Assembly: GCA_002633005.1 (NCBI GenBank)
Contig: NMRA01000424.1
Span: 72,815 to 136,814, forward strand
From: Phoronis australis
Taxonomy: Eukaryota > Animalia > Phoronida
Direction of reading: 5' to 3'
Length of the DNA stretch: 64,000 nt
In this document: in pieces, positions 1-14,291 of the stretch
How positions within the stretch are numbered: position 1 is the stretch's first letter
How the letters are laid out: every line of letters starts with the position of its first letter
Notes under the pieces: generated by a model
The model's input: only the letters and a program-made list of their open reading frames with translations
Told to the model about the DNA's origin: nothing
Databases searched by the model: none
Made by a program: the position numbers and the translations under genes

Positions 1-1156
1 CAACACATAAGTTCGTCAGTCGAAGCAAATTGCATGTTAATACTGATTTTAATGTTTGCTAGTGCTGTTAATGGCTCAAAACTTGCCACTTTAGAAAACT
101 TACCTGTTTTATCGCGAGTTGAATGTTGCCCGTCTTCGCTGACTGAGATGCCGTGTTAAAGGCTTGCGTTTATTTGATGATCTGTCACGAGGCTGAAGCG
201 TGTGTATGAACAAACTTGTACTTTGACCGCCATCAGCTGATTGGGCTAATTAAACAATTCCCAGGGAATGACACATGCTGCAGAATGACACGGGTTTTGA
301 CGAGATGATGACCTTTGACCCCGGCAATAATAGTTCTGTGTGTGTCCTAGAAAAAAAAAATAATTCTTTGGAAAGGTGACGTGGTTCTAACTTTAGATAG
401 TGTTGTCTCTGTGATATCGACGGCTCAGGATCTAAAAGCCGAACTCAAACTCAGACTCGAAACTTAACTAAACACTCCGCCTATATGATTCGCGTGCAAA
501 TGTGTAAGTTTACTGTATGCGTGGCATATAGTCAATTTTCCAAATGAGTTAAGAGTTAGCTATATACTTAAAAAACTGTGCTGGCTGAGTAGAGGTCCGG
601 TTGCCCAGGTGGCGAACAAATTTTTAGAGCGCAGCTGCACTCTGTCGTTCCCCAAGTTTTTGCAGCGTTCAAGTGAATAAATTTTCTCTCACGTGTTTCT
701 ATCCTGGTAGGGAGGAGTAAAAAATCGACGCAGTACGCTCGAACCAAGCCAGTGGCTGTTGAACTTAATGTGAGTCGTCTTGACGACAGGTCACAGTGGG
801 TGCAAGATGTTTTTTGCGAGAACAATACTGAAGCCTTGCCCGTGAACGAAATTGGTACCCGAAATATCGGCAATGATTTATTTTGTAACAAACGAACTGA
901 AGAATTTGAATGAGCGCGCGATTTCGAACCTTCGTAGGAAGCCTTACTGCGAGCAATGAGCTATTATAGCTCATTGCTGCGAGCGACTTAGCTGCCGACT
1001 GAAAGTTGAAATAGCGCTCTCTAACGGACACGTACATTCGAGCTGCTAACTATCCAACCTGAAATAGGAGATATAATGCACGATGGAAAAACACTTTTCT
1101 AGGAACGAACTGCCCCATATGATCTTCACCAAAGTCGTCAAAGATAGATAACTCCA

Positions 1157-1838
1157 CAGGCCCGTAGCCAGGGGGGTTTCAGGGGGTTAAATGTTTCATA
1201 CCGGTTTATTTTATTTCATTTTAATACTTGTTGTTTTTTTCTTACCAGGAACGGGTTGATATCTTTTTATTTTATTTTTAAACTTGAAGTACCAAAACGA
1301 AAATTATTGATTAATGCAATTTGAAAATTCGCCATTATGGACAGGCAGTGGTGCTTACAACAGTTTATGTTCGGGCAAATACACTTAATTGGGTCTTGCT
1401 CGCGCAGGACAATGCGGTCAGCACAACCGTATCCGACACCGACAATGCACTCTCTTTGATCCCGGTGAAAGCCGCTCAGAAGGAAGGGCGGTGAAACTTT
1501 CTGCAGATCTTTAGAAATTCGTGACTTCCTTGTAAGCGTATTATTCACGGTATGGCGAGAACGTTAGGTTATATTTATGGATCACCTTACGTCCGAATTT
1601 GATTCCTGTTGTTTGCGAGCAATCGTCACGACATCCTCATTTCTGGTATTACAAACTCCGTCTTATCTCAGGAACATAGAGCTGAGAGCCATCGTTGCCA
1701 TGGATACAGATTTCCCTTCCCCGTAATTAACCTGCGTCAAGCGCCTTACCAAGAACTCGAGTGTTGTCGTTTGCAAAAGGTCAACCTTTCTAGAAATTAG
1801 AACCACCCCCCCCCCGCCCAATGCTGGCTACGGGCCTG
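1157..1838. mobile_element. Non-autonomous DNA transposon (TIR CAGGCCCGTAGCCAG); internally deleted relative of 21107-24458
   Basis: Starts caggcccgtagccag and ends ctggctacgggcctg (perfect 15-bp TIR). Interior matches ~23305-23412 and ~23970-24458. No TSD visible at this copy. Confidence 0.8.
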
Positions 1839-2188
1839 ATATGCAAGACAATGAAGTCGTGGTCGTTGTTTGGTGATTGATAGGATTGTCATTTTCATGT
1901 TTGCTGTATTTGGTCATAAAAATGAGACTCGTTGAAACGGGCTGTTACATGTACTTGGCGATCGTCTGCCGGGACATTGCGCGTAAACAGCGGAACCGAC
2001 AAGTCCTGTAGTTGCAATCGGGCATATCTTACACGAAAAATAAAATTTTCCACCACAAAGTTTGGTAAGTTGATCGTTTAAGAATTAGTAGAAACGTTGC
2101 CGTTTTATGTCGTCTTACCATGGATTTCATACTTAGCTCGTCGTGTTTGGAATAACTGGTAGCCATCGCAGATCTACGCGGCTGATCA

Positions 2189-2459
2189 CATGCGCGCACC
2201 CAGGGGGGCGGGGGGGGCTCGGGGGGCTCGTTCGAGCCTCCCCCCCCATTAGGCGAAGTGTGCAAAAAGGTCCGCCTGAGAGATACAAAAATGCCCTAGA
2301 AAATGAGACAAAAGTCCACTAAACAAGCACAAACGCGCAATTCATAGTGGTGCGCCCGTTTTTGTTTTTTTTTTCTTTTAATCCACCGGCTTTGTTACCA
2401 AAAGGTCCACAACGTCAGGAATTCGAGCACCCCCATATTGAAGGTTGGGTGCGCGCATG
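2189..2459. mobile_element. MITE, CATGCGCGCACCCA family, 5-bp TSD
   Basis: TIR catgcgcgcaccca / tgggtgcgcgcatg flanked by GATCA on both sides (2184-2188, 2460-2464). Related copies at 9144-9402, 51661-51919 and 53997-54255. Confidence 0.85.
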
Positions 2460-3579
2460 GATCAATATGTTCCGTTCCTCCAAGGCCAAGGGTGTTTTAC
2501 GTAATAACACCTATGCTTTAGGTTTTAATCGCGGTACAAAATCACGTGCATGTATGCCCGAAATTCGGCGATGTTTCTGACTGGTGACGTGTTACGGTGT
2601 ATAAAAGGCAAATTGAAACATGTGTAGTATTTCACCGCGTTAAATCCAGAGTTTCGGATATGGTTGATTTTGTCGTTTTTTTGGCGATTCTTGAATTTGA
2701 GACGGCCAGTTTGTCAGTTGTGACTGACACGAAACGGGCAACTTAACTTTCTGCTGGACGACTTGATTTTCTGGCTCAGGCGCCCAGCTGGCGAGTGGGA
2801 CTTTGAGGCCTACATGTAGATAAAGGGCATACCCTTGTAAGACCCGGTCTCGGGTTATGCGGAGAGTTAAAAAGTCATTTGGCTACAGCTAAGATGAAAT
2901 GCGTGTAATCTTAATGATCGTGCACGCGCTAGCTCCTGGCAGCGCCATCTTCGAAAACTACTGTTTTGAGTATTGTTTTATGGTGGAATACACTAAGTAG
3001 TGTACAGAATTACACGAATTTATCTCAGAAAGTACAGTTGTTTGGAGCTCCGGTTTTATATGCGAAAGATTTGTTGCAAGTATTTTCGCAGAAATCTTCC
3101 GAGGCCAATGGTCCTCGACGTTTTATGTTCATTTAAAGTACAGTCGTAAAAATATTATTTCTGATTCATTTTGATCGTTTCTGGCAGGTATATACCAAAT
3201 ATTTTTTCTTTTGGCGTACCTCCTAAATGGCAAGTGTGATTTGTAGTCTAGTAGCTATATAGAGACTACATGTTGTGTCTCATGAGCACTCATAAAAATA
3301 GGTCCAGTAACTTAGCAACGAAGGCCTGACCTCCGAACAACAGCACAGGATCTGATTAAATGCGCAGAACAGATACAAGTACGTATCTAGTACTACAAGC
3401 TGTACACTTGCCTTCGCATTACATTGCTGTAGCAATAATAACTACGTAACTGTGTTTCATGTAATCTCTACAGCCAGTCTTTTTAGATACACAAATTACG
3501 ACGCCTATCAGGCCAGTTAATTCACGTGACTTTCCAAGTTGTGGTGAAGTCAATTTTCAGGTACTTGACTGTGATATCT

Positions 3580-4509
3580 GCTTGCAAGAAGCCGACTGGA
3601 GGCCGGAATTGCTGTGTGATTCATTTACAATATTTCTTGTGATAGAACCTTTGAACCAAGCTGGGGGTCATTTTGGATTTCTGTCACGCCGGACACTCTC
3701 CATGGTGCGAGTTTTCATTCAGTGTTTAGTGTGGCAAGATTATTCATTTGAAATCAATGTTGCTGGCTCTCGAATATCTAATCTAGCTCAAAATTCATAA
3801 ATGAGTGGGTTTCTGGCGGTCCTGGCCTACCCAGCTTGTTTTTGTCTGCCACGTGGTGCCCCGTAGCGACCAACGGCATGCACTGAATCACATGAAATTG
3901 TTTTTGAATTACTTGGCATGTTTTAGAATGTTTTTGCCTTTCAAAACTAAAGCAAAAGTTTGAAGCTGTGCTTACGAAAGCTGGTATGCATGAATTTATT
4001 TGGACAGGCACTCTTAAGAAATGACTGTTGAAACTACCCACAGTTGCAGTTTGTGCCCAACTTAGAGATACACAAGTGAATTTGGGCCCAGTATTCCATG
4101 GTTCACCTGCTGACAAACCAATTAACACAATCCATTATAGCATTTTTTGGATCAAACATGTGCCCGAATCCTACTACCTGCCTCCAAACAAGGGCTGTTT
4201 GTTCCTTCATTGCATGCGGGCCGATTTCCAATGAGCAGTACTGTACCCTCTCTAGTCGGCCATAGTTGGCTCTTTGGCAGTGGAGCTTTGCAGTTAAAAT
4301 GAATGGCAATGCTCACAGAACTCAACGATGTAGGCTGCAAGTACAAAAAGAGAATATGTGCAAGGAAACTGAGTTTGCGCTGCAACGCTGGGTCAAACTG
4401 TACAGAAATGTGCAGTTTTGACAACTGTAGTAACATCAACAATACTGCACTGCATAACTTTGGACAGTTCTTTGACAATGAAGATGGTATTTTTAGTCAA
4501 CCACGATAA
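3580..4509 (+). mobile_element. Decayed Academ-like DNA transposon ORF, C-terminal part (LPP..HxxRAxxQ motif and Cys-rich CxC finger); second copy ~5976-6953
   Basis: Frameshifted fragments PESYYLPPNKGCLFLHCMRADFQ, GHSW and VGCKCKKSMC...GSNCTEMCSFDNCSN. This motif order is characteristic of the XPG/Cys8 end of Academ-type transposon proteins. Stops and frameshifts are present. Confidence 0.6.
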
Positions 4510-5975
4510 ATAGATCGCCAGTTTCTCCAACCTCATCACTACGTTATATTTTTGTATTAAAAAGTGTGAGCTGTGAATGCTTTTGGTGATTTAGTCACAG
4601 CAAGTGGACACTTTGATCATAGTCATGTGTTTGTCTTATACCTTACGAGACGGTGCATAACCTTGTATTTTCATACGGTGGATGTGCACATTTGGCACAA
4701 ATCTTTCAAATAAGTTGTTTGTTGTTCAACATATTTCTTGTACATGTATATTATGCAAACAAATTGTATTTCATTCCATAGTCAATGGTAAAGTCANGGT
4801 GCGCCCGTTTTTGTTTTTTTTTTCTTTTAATCCACCGGCTTTGTTACCAAAAGGTCCACAACGTCAGGAATTCGAGCACCCCCATATTGAAGGTTGGGTG
4901 CGCGCATGGATCAATATGTTCCGTTCCTCCAAGGCCAAGGGTGTTTTACGTAATAACACCTATGCTTTAGGTTTTAATCGCGGTACAAAATCACGTGCAT
5001 GTATGCCCGAAATTCGGCGATGTTTCTGACTGGTGACGTGTTACGGTGTATAAAAGGCAAATTGAAACATGTGTAGTATTTCACCGCGTTAAATCCAGAG
5101 TTTCGGATATGGTTGATTTTGTCGTTTTTTTGGCGATTCTTGAATTTGAGACGGCCAGTTTGTCAGTTGTGACTGACACGAAACGGGCAACTTAACTTTC
5201 TGCTGGACGACTTGATTTTCTGGCTCAGGCGCCCAGCTGGCGAGTGGGACTTTGAGGCCTACATGTAGATAAAGGGCATACCCTTGTAAGACCCGGTCTC
5301 GGGTTATGCGGAGAGTTAAAAAGTCATTTGGCTACAGCTAAGATGAAATGCGTGTAATCTTAATGATCGTGCACGCGCTAGCTCCTGGCAGCGCCATCTT
5401 CGAAAACTACTGTTTTGAGTATTGTTTTATGGTGGAATACACTAAGTAGTGTACAGAATTACACGAATTTATCTCAGAAAGTACAGTTGTTTGGAGCTCC
5501 GGTTTTATATGCGAAAGATTTTTTGCACGTATTTTCGCAGAAATCTTCCGAGGCCAATGGTCCTCGACGTTTTATGTTCATTTAAAGTACAGTCGTAAAA
5601 ATATTATTTCTGATTCATTTTGATCGTTTCTGGCAGGTAAATACCAAATATTTTTTTCTTTTGGCGTACCTCCTAAATGGCAAGTGTGATTTGTAGTCTA
5701 GTAGCTATATAGAGACTACATGTTGTGTCTCATGAGCACTCATAAAAATAGGTCCAGTAACTTAGCAACGAAGGCCTGACCTCCGAACAACAGCACAGGA
5801 TCTGATTAAATGCGCAGAACAGATACAAGTACATATCTAGTACTACAAGCTGTACACTTGCCTTCGCATTACATTGCTGTAGCAATAATAACTACGTAAC
5901 TGTGTTTCATGTAATCTCTACAGCCAGTCTTTTTAGATACACGAATTACGACGCCTATCAGGCCAGTTAACAGTT

Positions 5976-6953
5976 GTGGTGAAGTCAATTTTCAGGTACT
6001 TGACTGATTTCGGCTTGCAAGAAGCCGACTGGAGGCCGGAACTGCTGTGTGATTCATTTACAATGTTTCTTGTGATAGAACCTTTGAACAAAGCTGGGGG
6101 TCATTTTGGGTTTCTGTCACGCCGGACACTCTCCATGGTGCGAGTTTTCATTCGGTGTTTACTGTGGCAAGATTGTTCATTTGAAATCAATGTTGCTGGC
6201 TCTCGAATATCTAATCTAGCTCAAAATTCCAAATGCATTTCATAAATGAGTGGGCTTCTGGCGGTACTGGCCAACCCAGCTTGTTTTTGTCTGCCACGTG
6301 CCACGTAGCGACCAACGGCATGCACTGAATCACATGACATTGTTTTTGAATTACTTGGCATGTTTTAGAATGTTTTTGCCTTTCAAAACTAAAGCAAAAG
6401 TTTGAAGCTGTGCTTACGAACTGAAAGCTGGTATGCATGAATTTATTTGGACAGGCACTCTTAAGACAAGACTGTTGAAACTACCCACAGTTGCAGTTTG
6501 TGCCCAACTAAGAGATACGCAAGTGAATTTGGGCTAGTATTCCATGGTTCACCTGCTGACAAACCAATTAACACATTCCATTATAGCCGTTTGGATCAAA
6601 CATGTGCCCGAATCCTATTACCTGCCTCCAAACAAGGGCTGTTTGTTCCTTCATTGCATGCGGGCCGATTTCCAATGTGCAGTACTGTATCCTCTCTAGT
6701 CGGGCATAGTTGGCTCTTTGGCAGTGGAGCTTTGCAGTTGAAATAGATGGCAATGCCCACAGAACTCAACGATGTAGGCTGCAAGTGCAAAAAGAGCATG
6801 TGTGCAAGGAAACTGAGTTTGTGGTGCACTGCTGGGTCAAACTGTACAGAAATGTGCAGTTTTGACAACTGTAGTAACATCAACAACACTGCACTGCATA
6901 ACTTTGGACAGTTCTTTGACAATGAAGATGGTATTTTTAGTGAACCACGATAA
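5976..6953 (+). mobile_element. Second (haplotype) copy of the decayed Academ-like ORF
   Basis: Same motifs as 3580-4509, inside the duplicated block. Confidence 0.6.
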
Positions 6954-8099
6954 ATAGATCGCCAGTTTCTCCAACCTCATCACTACGTCATATTTTTGTA
7001 TTAAAAAGTGTGAGCTGTGAATGCTTTTGGTGATTTAGTCACAGCAAGTGGACACTTTGATCATAGTCATGTGCCTGTCTTATACCTTACGAGACGGTGC
7101 ATAACCTGTATTTTCATACGGTGGATGTGCACATTTGGCACGAATCTTTCAAATAAGTTGTTTGTTGTTCAACATATTTCTTGTACATGTATATTATGCA
7201 AACAAATTGTATTTCATTCCATAGCCAATGGTAAAGTCACCAAAACACATATTTGGCCACTCTCAAGTGTACAGTGTTATTTTGCTTGTCAGACAATGCC
7301 AGAATAACCTCCTAGTAACAATCAGTTTCCGTTCATGTTTCTGCCGCTAGATGTCACTTTACACTGTTTGCAACTTTACAAAAGTGAAACATGTAATGTG
7401 AGTGTTTTAATGTTAAATACAATGGTATTAATGCGAACTCGTTACTTGTTTTACAAAACAGGCACGAAGAGTATTGTTTTTACAAATATAAGTTCACTAA
7501 GGTCTTGGGTAACTATTACGTAACTTCAAAACCAAATTTCCCAAAAATGTGCAACTTCATATGTGGGATTATGAAAACACACTGGGAAATGAATTAAAAA
7601 AACACCAAAATAAAACTGTCCCCCTAAAGTACTCACAAAAGTATTTACTAGAAGTCCTACAAAAACTCGACCCACCGTCTGTAGAGCTTTAAGCTTGCAT
7701 ATTTACCGAATACTCGAGATGACAACACGTGAAGTTCCTTAGATAGGATTGATTTGAGAAAAATCGCACCTGTTTAGGAGGTTTGGTGTTGCATCGGTAT
7801 AGCCAGTGTCCACAGTTAGGTCCAAACGCAGACTTCTGATAGCAGCTATGGCACACGGTCGTTTTTACACAATTCTGCTGGTGGTGTTGGCGTGTGAAAG
7901 TAAGTTCATGGTGAACAATGGGTATACAAGTACCACTGTTTGACACGCTCTCCGCTTTCTTGTATAAACGATTCTTATACACGTTGCTGGACTAGCGTGA
8001 GGTGAATAAAAGGATTTGAGTTCAAATTAAACCAAACTTTTGTGTCCAAACCAGTTGAAGTGAATCATGGTCTTTCATCTTGGAATAAAAATCCTCAAA

Positions 8100-11000
8100 T
8101 CCGCGTGCCTTTGCATTATTTAATTATAATCGCGCAAAAACTTAATAGGTGACTGGATCCTAAAAAACGTGGTCCTAAGGCATCGTACTTTTTTCGTTCA
8201 ATTTTGTCGATTAAATACAGACCCGTAACTTGTCAAAAAATCAAAGCTATTTGTAAAATTCTGTCTAGTTTCAATACTAAAAAATCAAAAATGGTGAAGA
8301 ACAAGTATTCAGCAAGTATCGTTGATTATAGTAAGTGTTGATGACTAACAGACATTCAGGTCATCGTCATACCAATTGGTCTTTGAGTTAGGTGTAGCTG
8401 GTCAACTATACACATTTATCATATAAGTGTTGAATCAGTCGAGTGCAATACGGCTATGTGATATTGTTTCCTGTATTCCCCTCCCGCACTACTTCAGCAG
8501 TGACATCTGACATGGAAAGTTCGAAAGGTAGGTCAATGTCGTCGGGACGTCGTTAGCCGGTTCGATCATTAAACTTTCTCAAAATAGATTGAAATAATGA
8601 AATTGCAGCAGTATAAATAATATTCAATATCCAATCAGGTCTCACACGTAATATCCGTCAGCTGATGTTATCCTGCTGGCTTAGCTAGCTTGTTCACTGC
8701 TACTCACTACATTGGATAGTATTAATTCTTGGATGGGTGTGCAAGTAATAGGCAATTACCAAGGGCCAAGGCTCAAAAACCAGCAGGCAGCAGTTAGGAA
8801 TTGAGGAAAGCCAAATCAAGAAGCGGCACGAGTGTCATCGTACTAACTGAAACAATTCTTGGCACATTCCTGAATCATTTTGTGTTTCGCAAAGAACAGT
8901 TTGGGACAGCTAAGACTATGCTGAAACCATGAATTATTCAACGAGTGTGCGACTTCACAATAGACTGGCAAGATGTCTGTCCCTTGTTGCATTCATGTGT
9001 CAGCTTCTGCTCAAATTTTTGAGCTGGAATTTTCAGATATTACCTGGTGTAAGGCTACTGCAAACAAACGTATCAACATTGAGCGCAAGAGAAGTATCAT
9101 AGCTGATAAGTTTCAAGTGTTTGTCAAAAAACAGAGTTCTTATCATGCGTGCTTCCAGGGGTGGGGGCTCGGGGGGCTTGAAGGAGCCTCCCCCATTTGG
9201 TAAAGAGGGTAAAACGGTTTGCCTCAGAGAAAAAAAAAACTTCGAAAAAGTAGAAAATGAGACAAAAGTTCACTAAAAAGGTAGGAACTATCAAAATTCG
9301 ACGAACGCACAATTCATAGCTCTGAAGTACCCCGTGAATCTTAATAAATGTCCACCTTCTCAAAAACTCGAGCACCCCATTTTTAGGCTTGGTGCATGCA
9401 TGCTTCTATCACAAGCAGTGTTACAGACACCTAACAGATGTAACAAAAATTGACAGAGCTCTTAAAAAAGAAATAGACCAAGCTGATGATGGAAATACTG
9501 TTGAGCCCACTAGAAAATTAAGGAGATTGTCACTGTCAGTTACATGTACATTTAACAGTGCTCAAAGAAATATACCGTATATGTCATGCCATCACAATGA
9601 ACCATTTGCCACAAATCAAATTTCACCACAGGGGAACTTCACAAACAAAAGAAAACCTATCCCAGTTCCAAACATTCAATTGTAAATACGCCTACACTGT
9701 ACCTATTCTTAATTTGAAAAGGTGTCATTTATGGTAAATAATCTTTAGTTTAGGTCACAGAACAAAAATTATTTTGCTTGATAAATTTGTTGTAATAGTG
9801 GTCTCAATCTCAAATGTACTGGCAGTAGTTTTTACCTATATGTGAGTGATCAGCACTGCTTTTTGTGAACTTCTGAGCCTATTTTGAGATCCTTTTATGT
9901 AAAATCATGAGCAGTATTTGGAATTTGAGAAATATAAAAATGGAAATATTGCCTGTGTTCTGTAATTCATTTATCTTGAAAATTCAAATGTTGCGCAGAT
10001 TTCAGTATCTCACATTTTGAAGATTCTTGAATTGGAGTTTTTAGCAAAGGAAAATTTTTACTCTTCCAATTATGTGCTATTTAAAACAGGAAGCGTCAAA
10101 TAAAATTTTAGCTCTGTGGTAAAGAAGACGCTTTTAAATTTCAAACAAAAACTATTGCCAACATAACCATTCCTCTACTTTTCAAAGGCTGAACTACTGT
10201 ATTAAGGATGATAAAAATGTTTCTATGGTTTAAATTGTTTGAAGGCATCTGCACAGTACAATCAATGCTAGTAATGATGTTCATTTCTCTTAATGCTTAT
10301 TTTTGCTGAGCACTTAGACAAAATGAAATTTCAGTTTTTTGCCATACTGTGTGCTAAATTGAAGATTATTTTGGTTATCTATCTCAGTTAAATAGGATTA
10401 CTGTAACAAGGTGTTTAGATGAAACGATATTTAGGTGGTCAAAACGTTTTTTTTTTTTTTTATTTTGGGTAGGGTGCAGGCTTGCAGAGATATTTTTTAA
10501 CTTTGTCTTTGCCATTAAAGTTGGGCTCAAAATTTGTGTTTCCTGGTTAACTCATGGAAGACATTGAATCGTTTGTATGCAAGCTGTATGGCGAGTCATC
10601 AACAGTTAATAAAGCACGCTACCAGGTTGAAATCTGTGATCTGCCTCCTCATCATGACTGTTTGCTGGTACATGCTAAAAGAGCAAACTACCAGTGTGCC
10701 ATTCACAAACGAGCCTTGCAACAGCATGTCCGTGCACCATCTCCAGTTGCTAATGGGTGGCTTTTGGATAGGGGTAGTCTGATGCTCCACTGGATGACTC
10801 TGCCTTTAGCCCCAGAAAATGCGATGAAAAAATGTTAATGGCAAGTGTAAAAGAAGTGGTTGTAGTAAAAAATGTGCTCTTGTTTAGAGTCAGGCATGCC
10901 ATGCTCTAAGTTGTGTGACTGTCCTGACTGTGTGAACATCGATGTCTCAATCAAAAAACAACTTTTGAAGACAATAATGATGATGGAGTGGATGAAGAAA

Positions 11001-13071
11001 CATAATAAGTGTATGTTATGCTCTTGAAGAACTTTAGATTTTCAACCTAATGGAAAATATGGACAACATTTTATCATGCTCATGACTGACACTGCTCGGT
11101 GTGTCGTTCGTTCCCTGTGACAGTTGACAGTGAACTGCAATGTGGGATAATGTTAATAATTTACGACAATTAATGAAATTGATGTCAGATAATTTTTTGC
11201 AGAAGCGTTGAAAATGTATGGTGTTCACATGTAGGTTGTGACAAGTTCCAAATTGTTAACAGTATAGTTGCTTTTGTAGGAGTTCAGAATACAGTAGTAT
11301 GTTTTATGGCCAACAGGAAGCGCTGCTAAAATTTTACGTTTTCTCTTTTTTGAGCAATGTCCCGCCTAATGTCATAATATTTATCACTTTCCTGGTTCAA
11401 TAACTTCAAATGAACAAAACCCAATCAGATTATCATTCAGTTTTTGTCTATTGTTGTTGGTTTTTGAAGATTATTTTTCTGTGTCAAATTTTGCAAAAAG
11501 TCAAATTTTTGAAGTCAAATTTCTCCAAAAAAGTGCAAGTCAAACCTTGGGAACTTTTTAGATCCTTACAGTGTACTACTTAATTACCTTAAAAACACCA
11601 AAATTATCAAAAAGTGGCAACGGACGTGATTTTCTAGGCTTCTTAGAGTCGAATGGACTATGCCCTACAGTGTTAGCACGCAGCCAAGAATCGCGCGCTG
11701 CATACTGTACCGGCTGTCATCGAAAACATTTAGTCGGGAACTATCTATTCATGAAACCGGTAACATAACATCGGCAAGAAATAAATATTGGCACTAATTT
11801 CCGAAAGTTTCTAATATCGTAAAAAAATTTGCATAATTTTTAAGAGAAATTATTTAACTGATCATAATTGATGTTTTTAAAGTTGAAATGAGCCACTGAT
11901 AGTGAACANGCTCAAAATTTGTGTTTCCTGGTTAACTCATGGAAGACATTGAATCGTTTGTATGCAAGCTGTATGGCGAGTCATCAACAGTTAATAAAGC
12001 ACGCTACCAGGTTGAAATCTGTGATCTGCCTCCTCATCATGACTGTTTGCTGGTACATGCTAAAAGAGCAAACTACCAGTGTGCCATTCACAAACGAGCC
12101 TTGCAACAGCATGTCCGTGCACCATCTCCAGTTGCTAATGGGTGGCTTTTGGATAGGGGTAGTCTGATGCTCCACTGGATGACTCTGCCTTTAGCCCCAG
12201 AAAATGCGATGAAAAAATGTTAATGGCAAGTGTAAAAGAAGTGGTTGTAGTAAAAAATGTGCTCTTGTTTAGAGTCAGGCATGCCATGTTCTAAGTTGTG
12301 TAACTGTCCAGACTGTGTGAACACGGTGTCTCAGTCAAAAAACAACTTTTGATGACAATAATGATATAAATGATGATGGAGTGGATGAAGAAACATAATA
12401 AGTGTATGTTATGTTGTTAAAGAACTTTAGATTTTCAACCTAATGGAAAATATGGACAACATTTTATCATGCTCATGACTGCCGCTGCTCGGTGTGTCGT
12501 TCCCTGTGACAGTTGACAGTGAACTGCAATGTGGGATAATGTTAATTAATTATGACAATTAATGAAATTGACGTCAGAAATTTTTTTTGCAGAAGCGTTG
12601 AAAATGTATGGTGTTCACATGTAGGTTGTGATGTCAAAGCTTTATCAAGTACCAAATTGTTAACAGTATAGTTGCTTTTGTAGGAGTTCACAATACAGTA
12701 GTATGTTTTATGGCCAACAGGAAGCGCTGCTAAAATTTTACTTTTTCTCTTTTTTGAGAAATGTCCCGCCTAATGTCATAATATTTATCACTTTCCTTGT
12801 TCAATAACTTCAAATGAACAAAACCCAGTCAGATTATCATTCAGTTTTTGTCTAGTGTTGTTGGTTATTGAAGATTGTTTTTCTGTGTCAAATTTTGCAA
12901 AAAGTCAAATTTTTGAAGTCAAATTTCTCGAAAACGTGCAAGTCAAACCTTGGGAACTTTTTAGATCCTTAAAGTATACTACTTAATTACCTTAAAAACA
13001 CCAAAATTATCTTGCCCCCAAAAAGTGGCCACGGAAGTGATTTTCTAGGCTTCTTAGAGTCGAATGGACTA
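8100..13071 (+). mobile_element. Second, distinct decayed Academ-like DNA transposon with a ...CTA right terminus
   Basis: N-terminal-type motif FYHKQCYRHLTDVTKIDRA (~9404). C-terminal ESFVCKLYG..VNKARY..LPPHHDCLLVHAKRANYQCAIH..PSPVANGW..LHWM followed by Cys-rich remnants (10554-10940, duplicated 11939-12325). The right end reads TAGTCCATTCGACTC on the minus strand (11660 and 13071), matching the TAG termini of Academ. Left boundary is approximate. Confidence 0.6.
9144..9402. mobile_element. MITE (CATGCG family) inserted in the Academ-like remnant
   Basis: Degenerate TIR catgcgtgc / gcatgcatg; flanks CTTAT / CTTCT (5-bp TSD with 1 mismatch); interior similar to 2189-2459. Confidence 0.7.
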
Positions 13072-13320
13072 TGCCCTACAGTGTTAGCACGCAGCCAAGA
13101 ATCGCGCGCTGCATACTGTACCGGCTGCTATCGAAAACATTTAGTCGGGAACTATCTATTCATGAAACCGGTAACATAACATCGGCAAGAAATAAATATT
13201 GGCACTAATTTCCAAAAGTTTCTAATATCGTAAAAAACATTTGCATTATTTTTAAGAGAAATTATTTAACTGATCATAATTGATGTTTTTAAAGTTAAAA
13301 CGAGCCACTGATAGTGAACA
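10525..13320. repeat. Direct duplication 10525-11908 / 11910-13320 joined at n 11909 (haplotype overlap)
   Basis: Near-identical copies with the n at the junction. Confidence 0.9.
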
Positions 13321-14291
13321 CATTCGCACCCTTACACCCCGAATCTCCCGGAAAATAGCTGTTACACTACGGTCACGCATCCACTCACCCGGCGACTCAA
13401 TGAGTGACATATCGGTCTTACCGAAACAATTCTCGAACGTTTTTTAGCAGATGAGGCCAGCAAGTGCTAAGCTACATATTAAAACACGCTCTGCTTGACT
13501 GCTTGAGTTAATTTCTTTGGATACAATGCACACCTAGATCATTACATTACTCTGGCAAATGAACTCTGATGACAAGCACACGCACGCTTACTGTCACACA
13601 CACGCATACAAACTTCAAAACTAACGTCACGTGACAACAACATGTGTGTTCCTCCACAGATTTTTCTCGTGTTGTGGGCTACAATCTAGCGCAGATTTGG
13701 CAGTTAATCCAGACTCCACAAGAACTTAAAAATCTTAGAGACGCTATTTGGAAAACTTGAGGAGGATTTCAGGTAATTTGTTGAGTCGAAGCTGTACTCT
13801 TATTCGAGAATTCAAGCCCTATCGACGATTGTGAGACCGGCAGCTACGCATTTGTCGGCAAGATTTCGCCCTGGGATTTCAGTACAATTTTCTGAAAAAT
13901 GACCGTAGTTTAACAACGAATTTTGATAGCAATGCATCACAATTTTTTAGAAAGTAAATAATAATATTCTGCACGCTTTATCTTAGCGCGTTAATGCATA
14001 TAGTGTGCGTACGTTAAGTGAGTCGACCCAGAACAGGTGATTGTGCAAAGGCATTATCTTCAAAATTGCTCATGTTGGCTTGGTTCTGGTCAAGCGAAAA
14101 CAAGTTTTTTTTTTCACTACCATCCGCCGTGGAGTATTTGTACTGTTTCTTTCAAGGGAAATATTGTTGGGCAGTTTCCAAGATTCGTTTTTTGCCGCCC
14201 TCAAAATGAGCGCTGCATACTTTATGCTACGAAATCGGAAAGAATTCACTAAGTCGGCCTTTGCTACCAGCTCTACCGATGTGTCTGACCC

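Larger units (their letters stand above)
2349..7239. repeat. Direct duplication 2349-4796 / 4798-7239 joined at a single n (likely uncollapsed haplotype overlap)
   Basis: Near-identical copies with scattered SNPs and small indels; the n at 4797 sits exactly at the junction. Confidence 0.9.

Noticed and set aside
568-1037. Short minus-strand ORFs at the window start
   Set aside because: No recognisable domain or splice structure.
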